From Promethearchaeota archaeon (GTDB lineage Archaea; Asgardarchaeota; Lokiarchaeia; Sigyniarchaeales; SOKP01), in contig JAHPZA010000009.1 in assembly GCA_019058445.1 (NCBI GenBank), forward strand, positions 256,001-320,000: DNA of 64,000 nt. The letters are read 5' to 3'. Positions 20,284 to 31,111 of the stretch are shown one piece after another. Position 1 is the stretch's first letter. Each line of letters opens with the position of its first letter. Made by a program: the position numbers and the translations under genes. Below the pieces are notes generated by a model that was given only the letters and a program-made list of their open reading frames with translations, did no database searches and was not told where the DNA came from.

Positions 20284-21729
20284 TTGAGTAAGAGGTCTAA
20301 GAATAAAGAAGTTGAGAAACGAGTCATTATTAAGTCAATTGCATATTATAAAATGCTTATTCATGTATTGCGATTTGGTAATAAGGCAAGAGACCCAAGA
20401 GATTATCGAGAAGTTATGGGCATGTTGATAGGCCATCTTGAGGGAGATCCCGACCACCGTGGGATTCAAAATGTTATTGTAGAAGATGCTGTACCCGTTT
20501 CTCATGGAGGATCAATAGAGGTTAATTTTGCACCTCAAGATTACGTAACTTTTGCGACGATCGATGAGAATTTTGCTGAAAAAAATTGGTGGACATTAGG
20601 GTGGTATCATAGTCATCCCGGCTTAGGAATCTTTTTCTCCGGAACTGATATTAATAACCAATTAGGATGGCAAACACCTAATCCCAGTGCGATAGGAATG
20701 GTATTTGATCACACGGTGTTAGAAACTCCAGGAGATTTAGGATTCAGGACATTTAGACTTGATGATCCTTCGAAAGGCTCAAGGTCAGGCTATCACGAAG
20801 TAGAGACTGTAGTGGAGCCTCCCGATAATATCGAATATTATTTTAAAATGATGAAAGTAATTGATAGTATTCATTCTAAAGAGCCTCCGATTATGGAAAT
20901 TAATGAAACAGCAGACCCGTTTGGTGATATTAATTTTCCGACTCAAAACGAGATCTTATCAAAAAAACCTGAATTGCATTTGCCAAGTCTATTATCAGCA
21001 CTGCAAGAGGGAGTTTCGAAATTTATAGAATTATCTATTGGACCATTGATCGAATTTTTAAATTCTTGGAGCCAAAACACTATAAAATGCGTAATAGATA
21101 ATAATATACAGATGCGAAAAGATCTAATTGCGTTAAAAGATATTATGACTGAAGGAATAAATAATCTAAAAAATACATTTCAATTTACATTTAGAGATAA
21201 GCTTAATGAACTTGAAGTCTATGTGGATGATAGATTAGAGGATTTTGACAATGATCACCAAACAGTTAAAGAAATTATTACTCAGCTAAAGGAACAATTT
21301 AATCATTTAATAGATACTCTATTTCAAGAGAAAATAAAAGATACTATTGATAAAATCTTGGGAGATTTTGAAGAAGGAATAAAAATTTTAGCTGAAATCG
21401 ATCATAATAATACTAAAAACTCTGAAAAATTAGATACGCTCCAAAACTCTTTAGCTGGTTTATCAGAGAAAACAAAATCTATAGAAAATTTAACAATTAA
21501 TGAAATAGGGAATGAACATGAAAAATTTATGGGAAATTTAGGAGAAAAAATTGATGATATTAAAACATCCCTAGTTGATATTAAGAAAGAAGGAATTAGC
21601 TTTTTTACTGAATTAGAGAATCTATTATCAGATCTTAAATCTTCAAAAGAAACTCTTTATGAGAAAATTAAATCAATAGAAAAAGAAAAAAAAGAATTAT
21701 CAAATGAGTTAAAAAAATTAAAAACATAA
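20284..21729 (+). CDS. MPN+ JAMM isopeptidase (Rpn11/CSN5-like) with long coiled-coil tail
   Basis: EVMGMLIG and GWYHSHPGLGIFFSGTD give a complete E...HxH-x7-S-xx-D motif; helical C-terminal half. Confidence 0.88.
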   Translation: MSKRSKNKEVEKRVIIKSIAYYKMLIHVLRFGNKARDPRDYREVMGMLIGHLEGDPDHRGIQNVIVEDAVPVSHGGSIEVNFAPQDYVTFATIDENFAEKNWWTLGWYHSHPGLGIFFSGTDINNQLGWQTPNPSAIGMVFDHTVLETPGDLGFRTFRLDDPSKGSRSGYHEVETVVEPPDNIEYYFKMMKVIDSIHSKEPPIMEINETADPFGDINFPTQNEILSKKPELHLPSLLSALQEGVSKFIELSIGPLIEFLNSWSQNTIKCVIDNNIQMRKDLIALKDIMTEGINNLKNTFQFTFRDKLNELEVYVDDRLEDFDNDHQTVKEIITQLKEQFNHLIDTLFQEKIKDTIDKILGDFEEGIKILAEIDHNNTKNSEKLDTLQNSLAGLSEKTKSIENLTINEIGNEHEKFMGNLGEKIDDIKTSLVDIKKEGISFFTELENLLSDLKSSKETLYEKIKSIEKEKKELSNELKKLKT

Positions 21730-21744
21730 AGGAATTGAATAGAA

Positions 21745-23130
21745 ATGTCTCTGCCGTCAAATAATAAGACTAATTTTAAAGAGGGAAAAGTTCACATTTC
21801 AAAAGAAGCTTTTCGAAATATGCTTACACATGTATTGCGATTTGGTAGTAATGCCTTAGATAATAGCGTTGAAGTTATGGGAATCTGTTTGGGAAAAGTC
21901 CTTCCAAACGGAATTGATGTAGCTTTAATAAATGCTATTCCAATAAAACATGGACCCCAAGTATCTAACGGCTTTTCACCAGAAGATCACATAACTTTTA
22001 AAAAAATTGAGGAACATTATACAAACCAAGATCTTCATATTATTGGTTTCTATTTATCACATCCAGGCTGGGGTTTATTCTTTTCGGATATTGGAATAAA
22101 AAACCATCGACATTTTCAAAATGAGCAAAACCCACATGGTTTTTGTATAGTATTTGACCATACTATAATGGATGCGGAAGGTAACTTTGGTTTTGAAATT
22201 TTTCGATTAGACAACTATTCAGATCAAATGGCAAAAGAACACCACAAGGTAAAGTATGAACTTGAACCTCCTGACACTTTGGAGTATTTCAAATGGATAC
22301 AGAAATTTGTAGAAGATGCTCAAAAAAGAGAACCCATTTTAATTAAAGAATTTAATGAGTTAATTGATACTCCTCCTAGTGATCTTCAAGAAATACCAAA
22401 ATCAGAAATAGAATTGGCCGTGTTAAAAGAAGAAAGGGAAAGGCATAGTGTAATGAAGCCTATAATTTCCGGGTTTCAAGAGGGTTCATCGCAATTTTCA
22501 GATATATTCGCCAACATTTTTGAAACTCAAGTTGACAATTGGGTTAAAGATGTAAATCAGGGAACTTTAGATGGTAGTGTACTAATCCGTGATAGTTTAA
22601 CCGAAATGAAAGAAAAAGTCTCCTCTGGGTTTACCAAACTAGATAGTTGGTTAAATAGAAATTTGAATGAAATTGTGGATGGATTTAAAGAACAATTTTA
22701 CCTGGATGTAGATAAACGGATTCAATCTCAAAAAGAATTAGTTATTCACTCCTCTAAAACTAAAGATGATATTATGAATAATTATAATACTAACTTAGAG
22801 GCAAACTTCAATAATTTAACTAATGAAATAGACAATAAAACTAAAACTCTAACAGATAATCTAGCCCAAACATTACGTATAACCTCAAAAATGGATGATA
22901 ATATCAGTAATTCTTCAGGGCAAATTACTAAAATCATTGATAATGCGACAAACCTATCTACTAACATAAAAAACGGAGTAAAAGCACATTTAACACCATT
23001 AGAGCAACAGATGAGTAATAAAATTAAAGATTTAAGTAAAGATTTAAATGTTGTTAAGGATGATTATTCGAAGTTAAGCAATATTATTAAAAAATTATCC
23101 AAAACAGTCAATAGTCTAAAAGAACTTTAA
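21745..23130 (+). CDS. Catalytically degenerate MPN- domain protein with coiled-coil tail
   Basis: Paralog of the preceding gene (HVLRFG, EVMG, FRLD, EPPD) but reads GFYLSHPGWGLFFSDIG: first His is Leu and the Zn-ligand Asp is Gly. Confidence 0.8.
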   Translation: MSLPSNNKTNFKEGKVHISKEAFRNMLTHVLRFGSNALDNSVEVMGICLGKVLPNGIDVALINAIPIKHGPQVSNGFSPEDHITFKKIEEHYTNQDLHIIGFYLSHPGWGLFFSDIGIKNHRHFQNEQNPHGFCIVFDHTIMDAEGNFGFEIFRLDNYSDQMAKEHHKVKYELEPPDTLEYFKWIQKFVEDAQKREPILIKEFNELIDTPPSDLQEIPKSEIELAVLKEERERHSVMKPIISGFQEGSSQFSDIFANIFETQVDNWVKDVNQGTLDGSVLIRDSLTEMKEKVSSGFTKLDSWLNRNLNEIVDGFKEQFYLDVDKRIQSQKELVIHSSKTKDDIMNNYNTNLEANFNNLTNEIDNKTKTLTDNLAQTLRITSKMDDNISNSSGQITKIIDNATNLSTNIKNGVKAHLTPLEQQMSNKIKDLSKDLNVVKDDYSKLSNIIKKLSKTVNSLKEL

Positions 23131-23397
23131 TTTTGTAAAATTAGAGATATGTAGCTTATATTTTGGTATATTGGTACTCAGCCGCTTTAGCTCATTTCTC
23201 TTGGCAATAGAGCTAAGCACTCGTCCTATTTTGTCTACTTTAATATCAACCCCATATGTTTCTCGTAACACAGAATTGATTTTGTAAGAACTAAGTATTA
23301 CAACATCAGAAATGTTTTTCTCGCAGAGTAGTTCAATAGCTTTTTTAATTAATAACAATAATTTCTCTTTTTCTAAATTTTGTTCCTTTTCCATCAT
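23116..23397 (-). CDS. Small basic winged-helix-like hypothetical protein
   Basis: 93 aa, VDKIGRVLSSIAK helix pattern; convergent, with a short overlap. Confidence 0.5.
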   Translation of the reverse strand: MMEKEQNLEKEKLLLLIKKAIELLCEKNISDVVILSSYKINSVLRETYGVDIKVDKIGRVLSSIAKRNELKRLSTNIPKYKLHISNFTKLKFF

Positions 23398-23613
23398 AGT
23401 GATCTATATGTTATATCAGATTTTATGCTTTTTAAAAATTATTATCGAATCCATGTTAAACATTCGAGCACATCTGTTAAGCTTTCTGAAAATAGTAAGA
23501 AAAAACTTAAAATGGAATACGTCTATTATCCTTATTATAGCTCTATAATAATCTTAAATTAGGTAATAATAATATATATCTAAAGAGTAAAAATTAACGA
23601 ATTTACTACAGAA

Positions 23614-26001
23614 ATGTCCGAAAAGAACTCTAAGATAAGGGATAACTCGAAAAATCCAAAGAATTCAAAACAAAAAGGACATAAATCTTCGAAAGGTCCC
23701 AAAAAACCAATACCCACTTCAATTCGAGATAAACTTAGAAAAGATTTTGAAAAATTGAAAAATAGTATCATTCGTAGAGAACTTTATACAAAAGGAAAAG
23801 AACCTCCAAAATCTTTTGCTTTTGAAAAAAAATTTATTGGAATATACCTTCTATTTGGCTTTTATTCTTTTGTTTTGATTTTAGGAATAAATGATCCCAA
23901 CAATCTTATCTTTGTTGTGTTTATGTTTGGCGATCCTTTTGCTTTTGGTAATGCAATTTTATTGTTTTTTCTAACACTTGCATTAATTTTGAATATTGAT
24001 AAGTTTAGGCTGTTTGTTTTTGAAAAGAAGACACAATTCAAACAGCCATTAATATTTGGAGGAATTATCACCATTTATTATTTCATATTCTTAGAATATG
24101 GAACTAGCGTTAATTTAATCGATTACTTCTTAATATTTTCAATGATTTGGTTAATCTTATTAAGCTCTAGGTATTATACTTTAGCTAGAAAAACTTCCAC
24201 AAAAATCGAGGCAAGATTTATTTCAAAATACTCCTATTCCAGATATCTTTTTGCTTTAATTACACCATTTATCATTATGACAATCCTTATTATAATATCT
24301 TTATTTTACCGAAGTATGCTTGTTTTCCTTGCTTTAGATTTTTTTGGCGAAAAAGATCCTGTAAATGCGGTAAGAGTATATAATTTTGGAATGCGAATCA
24401 TAATGCCGTTAATATATTTTAGTTTAGTTTTAACACTGGTGTTTATTGTTATAGAATTTTTTGCTACTAGAAGAAGAGCTGAAACAAGGAAATCTGGGTG
24501 TTATGATAATTTTACCTTTTCTTTTATAATTTTATTTATCTTTTTCTTTCAAATATTGCAGGTTAGCATTTATTTACTGTTAAGACCAGAAACAGTTACA
24601 GGATTTAAAAATACAGTTGGAGCTACAGGAACAGCACTTACTTACCTTTATTTAATTCAGTTCGCAATTTCCATGATATTTCTTTATCGATTAATTGTAA
24701 AATTAGGAGGAACTTTTGGTTGGAGAATCTTATTCTTTAAAAGAGATGGCTTAATTTTATTTTTCTTAGCTTGTGTATTTGCTGATTCTTTAACTGCATT
24801 CACATTAGCAAGTCAAATAGAAAATCAAAAATTAACTCTTCTTGGATCTATTTTATTGGCAAATAGGTATATCATCTCTATATTGATGATATCCTTTCTA
24901 GGGATTACTTTATTACTATATTACTTAAAACCTCATGAGACTTCAATGTTTATGCGGTTACAAAAAGAAACCGTTAAAGAAGAAGAGGAAAATATGGATA
25001 TAATTTATAAACTAATTAAAAGTGAATATATCCGAAGAGGTGAAGAGTATCCATTGGAGATTTTAGATCGAGAACTTATTAAAGCAACAAAACTATCAAA
25101 AGGCGAAATATCTTCTATCATTAAAAGATTGGCGACTCAAAAAGTTGACCTTTCTGTAGCTAGGAAAAGAGATAAATCAGGAAGGGTTGTCCAGATGGTT
25201 GATTTCCTTTCTGTTACTGAGCGCTTTGATAAGAAAGGAGTTGCGGAAAAAAAGGCAAAGAGTTTTCTTTCAAGAAAATTAATTGAAACAATCTCAACTA
25301 AAGAACGAAAAGCATTAAAAATAACTCAACCATTAGAAAAGGATAAAGCTTCAGATCAATTTATTGCTTCCCTTGCCACCACTTACACTAAAAAGCAAAA
25401 ACAAAAAGAGAGCTTCGATGAAAAAGCAAAAAAGGGGGTTTTTTTTATAGATAAAAAACTCCCGGATTATTTAAAGAATCAAATTCTAGAAATCTTAAAG
25501 AAAGAGTATATTTATCGAATTGAGAATACAGAAAGTTATCCAGATTTTCATTATCCAATTTCTCACATTGTAAATCAAATTGCCATGGCTACAAGAATTT
25601 CGATTGGCGAAATATATCCCATTCTAGAAAATCTACGAAAATCTGACATAGAACTAACATTAATTAAAAATCCTGAAGAACCCGAAGATAAAAAAATTAA
25701 ATTCTTTCCTATTGCTGATGATGATATGAGTTATGCATTAGCGAATTTTAGACCAGAGGAATATTCTAAAATAAGGATTAAGGTTATTAAGAAATTAATT
25801 CCACTTTTAAAACAGAAAACTACTAGTACAGTGTTAGGGAGCATTAAAAGAAAAATTCCAAATCAAACTGAGAGTCAAAAAGCATGGCGAACTCTCTTGG
25901 ATTACTTAAATAATTACTATCCATTATTTTCTAAAGAGCTAATTACGTTACCAGATATCAAGAAGCTTCCAAAAATTATTACCAAACTTGGGAAAAAATA
26001 G
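23614..26001 (+). CDS. Polytopic membrane protein with cytoplasmic C-terminal tandem winged-helix-like domains
   Basis: About 10-11 hydrophobic segments; two repeats (KSEYIRR..YPLE..ATKLSKGEI / KKEYIYR..YPIS..ATRISIGEI). Confidence 0.6.
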   Translation: MSEKNSKIRDNSKNPKNSKQKGHKSSKGPKKPIPTSIRDKLRKDFEKLKNSIIRRELYTKGKEPPKSFAFEKKFIGIYLLFGFYSFVLILGINDPNNLIFVVFMFGDPFAFGNAILLFFLTLALILNIDKFRLFVFEKKTQFKQPLIFGGIITIYYFIFLEYGTSVNLIDYFLIFSMIWLILLSSRYYTLARKTSTKIEARFISKYSYSRYLFALITPFIIMTILIIISLFYRSMLVFLALDFFGEKDPVNAVRVYNFGMRIIMPLIYFSLVLTLVFIVIEFFATRRRAETRKSGCYDNFTFSFIILFIFFFQILQVSIYLLLRPETVTGFKNTVGATGTALTYLYLIQFAISMIFLYRLIVKLGGTFGWRILFFKRDGLILFFLACVFADSLTAFTLASQIENQKLTLLGSILLANRYIISILMISFLGITLLLYYLKPHETSMFMRLQKETVKEEEENMDIIYKLIKSEYIRRGEEYPLEILDRELIKATKLSKGEISSIIKRLATQKVDLSVARKRDKSGRVVQMVDFLSVTERFDKKGVAEKKAKSFLSRKLIETISTKERKALKITQPLEKDKASDQFIASLATTYTKKQKQKESFDEKAKKGVFFIDKKLPDYLKNQILEILKKEYIYRIENTESYPDFHYPISHIVNQIAMATRISIGEIYPILENLRKSDIELTLIKNPEEPEDKKIKFFPIADDDMSYALANFRPEEYSKIRIKVIKKLIPLLKQKTTSTVLGSIKRKIPNQTESQKAWRTLLDYLNNYYPLFSKELITLPDIKKLPKIITKLGKK

Positions 26002-26133
26002 AAACAAAAGACTATAAAATTCTTTACTAATTTTATTTTATATATTTATCCTAATTTCCTCTAATTAAAGCTAAAAATAGGAAGAAAATTAAGAAGTGAG
26101 TAATTATAATAAACTTGCTAAGTTTGATGAAAA

Positions 26134-27333
26134 ATGGAATGGAATAATAATCGTACCATAAATAGATTAAAAAAATTTGCTTTTCCACGTCTTGCGGGTA
26201 CTACTTCACTGATAAATGCAAAAGATATCATATATGAAGAACTAAAAGCGGTTGTACCTAATGCAAGCACAGAAGAATTTCTATGCCGTAATGAGTTAAA
26301 AACGGTATTGAGATTTTGGGGATTTATATTTCTTGGATTAATAGTAGCAATTGCTATATTTTGGATGGATTTCTTTTGGATTTCCATGATATGTGCTATA
26401 GCTATAATAATTCTGAATATCTTGGCTCAAGGTACCTTAGGACGCAAACAAGTATATCATTTATTTAAAAATCGAGGACCTATTAAAGGGTATAATATCA
26501 ATGGGAATATAAGTGCCTTAGAGGATGAGAAAAAAATCTTGGTTCTTGGAGCCCATTACGATTCGAAATCTTCACCCTCCATCCACAAAAAAAATGAATT
26601 AATAATGATAGGGGGCGTCTTACTAATGAATTTAGCGGTAATAATCTTTGGGATCTTACTGTTCTTTATTAATTATGCTCTTATATGGTGGTTTATCTAT
26701 ATACTTTGGATTGGCTCGGCACTAGAGTTTATTTCAGTGGTAATTTATACATTGCTTTATAAAGTCTTAAATGAATCTCCAGGAGTAAACGATAATGGTT
26801 CTGGTGTTGCTATCATCCTTGAATTAGCCGAAATTTTTTCAAAAAAACCTCCGAAATATCTCACATTAGCATTTTCTCTTCTTGACGCAGAAGAAATAGG
26901 ACTTCAAGGGGCTAGTGCTTATGTCAATTTTAATGCTCAAAAATTATTACAAAATAATGCGTGGATGATTAATTTTGATGAAATTGGAGGTGGCTTTCCA
27001 CTCAAAGTTATTTTAAAAGGAGGATTCCCTTCGGTTAAATATGGGAAAGAATTAATGCCGATTTTTCAAAAGGTGATTCGGTCTAATAAACAACTATTAG
27101 ATATGCAAAATGAAAAAAAGCTCATCCTAAATGGCAGTAGTTTCACATCCCAATCGGATCATGCTCCCTTTTTTATATCATCCATTCCGTCAGCATATAT
27201 CTATACAAGCAATAAGAAACGTCATTCTGCTAATGATGATTGGGAAGCCTTTAAATCAGAATCTATTGAACCTTGTGGGCTATTATTGGAAAAATTTATC
27301 ACAACCTTGGATAATGAGCTCTCTCAAATATAA
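26134..27333 (+). CDS. Membrane-bound M28-family peptidase
   Basis: GAHYDS, PGVNDNGSG, DAEEIGLQG, INFD, SDHAPF, RHSAND; TM segments. Confidence 0.85.
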   Translation: MEWNNNRTINRLKKFAFPRLAGTTSLINAKDIIYEELKAVVPNASTEEFLCRNELKTVLRFWGFIFLGLIVAIAIFWMDFFWISMICAIAIIILNILAQGTLGRKQVYHLFKNRGPIKGYNINGNISALEDEKKILVLGAHYDSKSSPSIHKKNELIMIGGVLLMNLAVIIFGILLFFINYALIWWFIYILWIGSALEFISVVIYTLLYKVLNESPGVNDNGSGVAIILELAEIFSKKPPKYLTLAFSLLDAEEIGLQGASAYVNFNAQKLLQNNAWMINFDEIGGGFPLKVILKGGFPSVKYGKELMPIFQKVIRSNKQLLDMQNEKKLILNGSSFTSQSDHAPFFISSIPSAYIYTSNKKRHSANDDWEAFKSESIEPCGLLLEKFITTLDNELSQI

Positions 27334-27399
27334 TATTTTTTTATTTGAATATATGAATAAATTATAGATTATCATAATTTCCAAAGTGGAGTTAAGAAC

Positions 27400-28560
27400 A
27401 TGAATTTTAATATTAATGAAAATGAGTTATTAGAATTACTTCAAGAACTAATTAAAATTGAATCAATCAATCCCACACTATCAAAACATGGAAGTGGGGA
27501 AGCAGAGATTGCGCAATATATCGGTAATTATTTAAAAAAAATGGGACTTGAAGTTAGGTATCAAGATATTGGTGACGGAAGATTAAATGTTGTAGGAATA
27601 CTCAAGGGAAAGGGTAACGGAAAAAGTATTATGTTAAATGGCCACACCGATACAGTAAGCATAGATGGTATGGAAATAGAATCATTTAATCCTGTTTTTA
27701 AGAATGGAAAAGTGTATGGAAGAGGGGCTATGGATATGAAAAGCGGTCTTGCTGCAATCATTCTAGCTGTAAAAACAATAATTGAAACTAAAGGAGAACT
27801 TAATGGAGACATGATTTTAACCTTTGTTGCTGATGAAGAATATGCCAGTTTAGGAACTGAAAAAGTTGTTGAAGAGTATCATGCTGATGCGGCTATCATT
27901 TGTGAGCCTTCAAATTTACAAATTGTCATTGCCCATAAAGGTTTTGCATGGATTAAGGTTGGCGTACATGGGAAATCGGGACATGGAAGCTTACCTGAGT
28001 TCGGTGTTGATGCTATTGTAAAAGGAGGAAAATTTCTGGTTAAATTGGAAGATTTGGAGAAAAGGATTCTTTCTCAAAAGAAACATCCATTGCTTAGCTC
28101 TCCTTCAATTCATGCTTCTCTTATCAAAGGCGGTATTGAGTTAAGTACTTATCCCGATTACTGTGAAATCCAATTAGAACGAAGAACATTGCCTGGAGAA
28201 GATCGTGATTATATAACTGAAGAAATAAATAATTTAATAAAAAACTTACATGGAGAAGATACTAAATTCAATGCGGATTTCGATGTGTTTTTTTACCGAT
28301 CGCCTTTAGAAGTATCATCAAATCAACCCATAGTGCAATCATTATCTAAAATATGTAGCCAAACATTAAATCGTAAAACAAAATTTAGCGGATTTAGCGG
28401 TTGGACTGATGCTGCGATCCTCAATGATGCCGGTATACCTACAGTTCTTTTTGGACCAAAAGGTGTAGGAGCTCATGGCTCGCTTGAATTTGTAAATTTT
28501 AGATCTGTTGTTTCTACAACGCAGATATTAATAGGTACAATTTTAGATTTTTGTAATTAA
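27400..28560 (+). CDS. M20 ArgE/DapE-family deacylase
   Basis: LNGHTDTV, GRGAMDMK, ADEE, CEP, HKG, GWTD, GAH. Confidence 0.9.
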   Translation: MNFNINENELLELLQELIKIESINPTLSKHGSGEAEIAQYIGNYLKKMGLEVRYQDIGDGRLNVVGILKGKGNGKSIMLNGHTDTVSIDGMEIESFNPVFKNGKVYGRGAMDMKSGLAAIILAVKTIIETKGELNGDMILTFVADEEYASLGTEKVVEEYHADAAIICEPSNLQIVIAHKGFAWIKVGVHGKSGHGSLPEFGVDAIVKGGKFLVKLEDLEKRILSQKKHPLLSSPSIHASLIKGGIELSTYPDYCEIQLERRTLPGEDRDYITEEINNLIKNLHGEDTKFNADFDVFFYRSPLEVSSNQPIVQSLSKICSQTLNRKTKFSGFSGWTDAAILNDAGIPTVLFGPKGVGAHGSLEFVNFRSVVSTTQILIGTILDFCN

Positions 28561-28636
28561 TACATATATAATAAATTCTTTTTGAAATTTTATATTTAAG
28601 TATTATAATTAAGTTAATATTTTGAATTGAGCTTTA

Positions 28637-30118
28637 ATGATTGACTTAAGTATTAAAGAAAAACAATTAGAATCAACGATAGAGCGATTACGAGAAAGAA
28701 ATATCATTCTGCCTAGTTATGAACAAATGAAAAATCCAAATGAAACTGTTTCCTCGAATATTAAAAGTGAATTAAGTTCGCTAGGTCTATGGGAAATTCA
28801 TAGCAGAAATTTATTCCGAATAACGTGGAATAATGAACCGAAACCTAACGGGGGTCTTTATCAGGAATTGCCGAATTATATGGAATTACCCTCAGAATTG
28901 ACCGGTGTGAAAGCACGAATCATTGCTTTAATAGGAAAATGGATGCCGACGGGCTCTCACAAAGTTGGTGCTACATATGGATGTCTTATTCCTCGTTTGG
29001 TCACGGGACAATTTAATCCAATAATACAAAAAGCGGTTTGGCCCTCTACAGGGAATTATTGTCGAGGAGGTGCTTTTAATGCAACTCTTTTAGCTTGTGA
29101 ATCCATAGCCATTCTTCCTGAAGGAATGAGTAAAGAACGATTCGAATGGTTAAATACCGTTGCCGGAGAAATCATTGCTACCCCGGGTTCTGAGAGTAAT
29201 GTAAAAGAGATTTATGATAAATGTCACGAGTTAATGGCAAGTCCTCGTGGTCAAAAAGGTGAAATTGTGATATTTAATCAATTTGATGAGTTTGGGAATC
29301 ACCTATGGCACTATGAGGTGACTGGAAATGCCATGAATAAAGTACTTCAAAAAGAGTTGCGTACTGATCGCTTTAGAGGAATTGCTCTTACAACAGGATC
29401 AGCAGGTACCCTTGGATGTGGTGATTTTTTAAAAGAGTGTTATCCGACTATTAAAATTGCTGTGGGAGAAGCATTACAATGTCCAACTCTATTGAAAAAT
29501 GGTTATGGTGCCCATCGAATTGAAGGAATAGGAGATAAGCATGTTCCTTGGATTCATAATGTTAAAAATACTGATATGGTAATCGCAATTGATGATAATG
29601 ATGCTATGGCGTTAATTAGATTGTTTAATGAAAAAGAAGGTCAAAAACAATTAAGAAAAGCAGGAGTTTCCGAAGCAATTATTGAGAACTTGCATTTATT
29701 GGGGATTTCAAGTGTGGCAAATGTAATAATGGCTATAAAAATGGCAAAATATTATGAAATGGACGAGAATGATGTTATTTTAACCGTTTTCACAGATTCC
29801 ATGGAACTTTATCAGTCCCGTTTGGAAGAACTAAAAATAGAATTTGGACAATATACGGAAAAAGATGCGATTCGGGACTACAATATGTGTCTTAGAGGGC
29901 AACAAACAAATAATATGATTGAATTGAATTATCTTCAAAAGCGAAGAATCCACAATCTCAAATATTTTACTTGGATTGAACAGCAGGGAAAATCCTTAGA
30001 TGAACTAAATCGTCAATGGTATGATTCTGACTATTGGAATTTAATCCATTCAGAAGTTTCTGAAATTGACCGTCTAATTGGTGAAATAAATAACCATGTT
30101 GGACTGGAAAATAAATAA
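28637..30118 (+). CDS. PLP-dependent fold-type II (cysteine synthase/tryptophan synthase beta-like) enzyme
   Basis: PTGSHKVG with the Schiff-base Lys, STGNY, NQF, TGSAGT, HRIEGIG. Confidence 0.85.
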   Translation: MIDLSIKEKQLESTIERLRERNIILPSYEQMKNPNETVSSNIKSELSSLGLWEIHSRNLFRITWNNEPKPNGGLYQELPNYMELPSELTGVKARIIALIGKWMPTGSHKVGATYGCLIPRLVTGQFNPIIQKAVWPSTGNYCRGGAFNATLLACESIAILPEGMSKERFEWLNTVAGEIIATPGSESNVKEIYDKCHELMASPRGQKGEIVIFNQFDEFGNHLWHYEVTGNAMNKVLQKELRTDRFRGIALTTGSAGTLGCGDFLKECYPTIKIAVGEALQCPTLLKNGYGAHRIEGIGDKHVPWIHNVKNTDMVIAIDDNDAMALIRLFNEKEGQKQLRKAGVSEAIIENLHLLGISSVANVIMAIKMAKYYEMDENDVILTVFTDSMELYQSRLEELKIEFGQYTEKDAIRDYNMCLRGQQTNNMIELNYLQKRRIHNLKYFTWIEQQGKSLDELNRQWYDSDYWNLIHSEVSEIDRLIGEINNHVGLENK

Positions 30119-30171
30119 AATTTAATAAATTCAACATAGAGATTATTAAAAAAAAGGGAAGTAGTATAAAT

Positions 30172-30918
30172 TTATTCTTTTATCAACACTTTAGCAATAG
30201 GCTTAGGAAGAAAGAATCCAAAGTAAAATTCAATACTGCCAGAAATAAGTAATGCTCTTACTAATATTAATTCCAATGGTCCTAAAAGAAAAATTGCTTC
30301 TAAAGCTGCTCCAAACGCAATTGAAAAAAAAGCAATTAATAGGAAAATTCCTTTCCATTTAATATCTGGTTTATCTGATCTTATAGATTTCCGAGAGACG
30401 ATAATACCTGTTATGACGATTGATAATATGGCAAAGATTTGGAAACCAATGAAGAAATCTGTAAGTCTAGAAGTAAAGATCCCTTCCTCAATGCCTGTAC
30501 CAACAAGCTCTGTATCTATACTTAGAAAAGTAAAAAGTATTATTTCAAATATCACACAAATAATAAAATATATCGAAACAATGAGTTTCTGTGATTTTAA
30601 TCTCATAAGAGCGCAAAAGGAGTATATCCAAAAGATTATCGCAAAGGGAGTGAACGCATTTTCGATTAAGAGATAAAGATAAGGGGTGAATTTGTAATCA
30701 AATAAAGCGATGATGACAAATTGGAAAGCAGAAACCCACCACGCAGAAGTTATGAATACCCATGCAAGTCCAACTGTAAGAAGCGTTTTTTCTTTAAACG
30801 TAAAATATTTTGATATAATCCGCAATCCTACAATAGTTGATACTAAAACGAGGATTAAACTTAAAGTACCAAATAGAATGTCTGTTTGTGTTAAATCTTC
30901 AAGACCCATTAATTCCAC
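30172..30918 (-). CDS. Approximately 7-TM membrane protein (paralog of 37185..37910)
   Basis: Seven hydrophobic helices; KWKGIFLLIAF and FYFGFFLP motifs shared with the paralog. The start is likely the ATG a few codons in. Confidence 0.65.
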   Translation of the reverse strand: MELMGLEDLTQTDILFGTLSLILVLVSTIVGLRIISKYFTFKEKTLLTVGLAWVFITSAWWVSAFQFVIIALFDYKFTPYLYLLIENAFTPFAIIFWIYSFCALMRLKSQKLIVSIYFIICVIFEIILFTFLSIDTELVGTGIEEGIFTSRLTDFFIGFQIFAILSIVITGIIVSRKSIRSDKPDIKWKGIFLLIAFFSIAFGAALEAIFLLGPLELILVRALLISGSIEFYFGFFLPKPIAKVLIKE

Positions 30919-31111
30919 TTTTTTTAAATTGAATTTTTTGATCTTAAATGTATTTTATACAATCTTAAACTTAAAAGTCATATTTATATCTTTCTGAATT
31001 GCCTAAAGTAAATTATGAGGGATAATTTAATTATACTTTACGAGCAAGGTTATGTGATTAATAGTTCTAATTCTTTACACAAGTAAAATAATAAAAAAAA
31101 GAAAAAATTAT

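Noticed and set aside
30172-30918. Rhodopsin call for the 7TM proteins
   Set aside because: There is no retinal-binding Lys in the last helix of either paralog.
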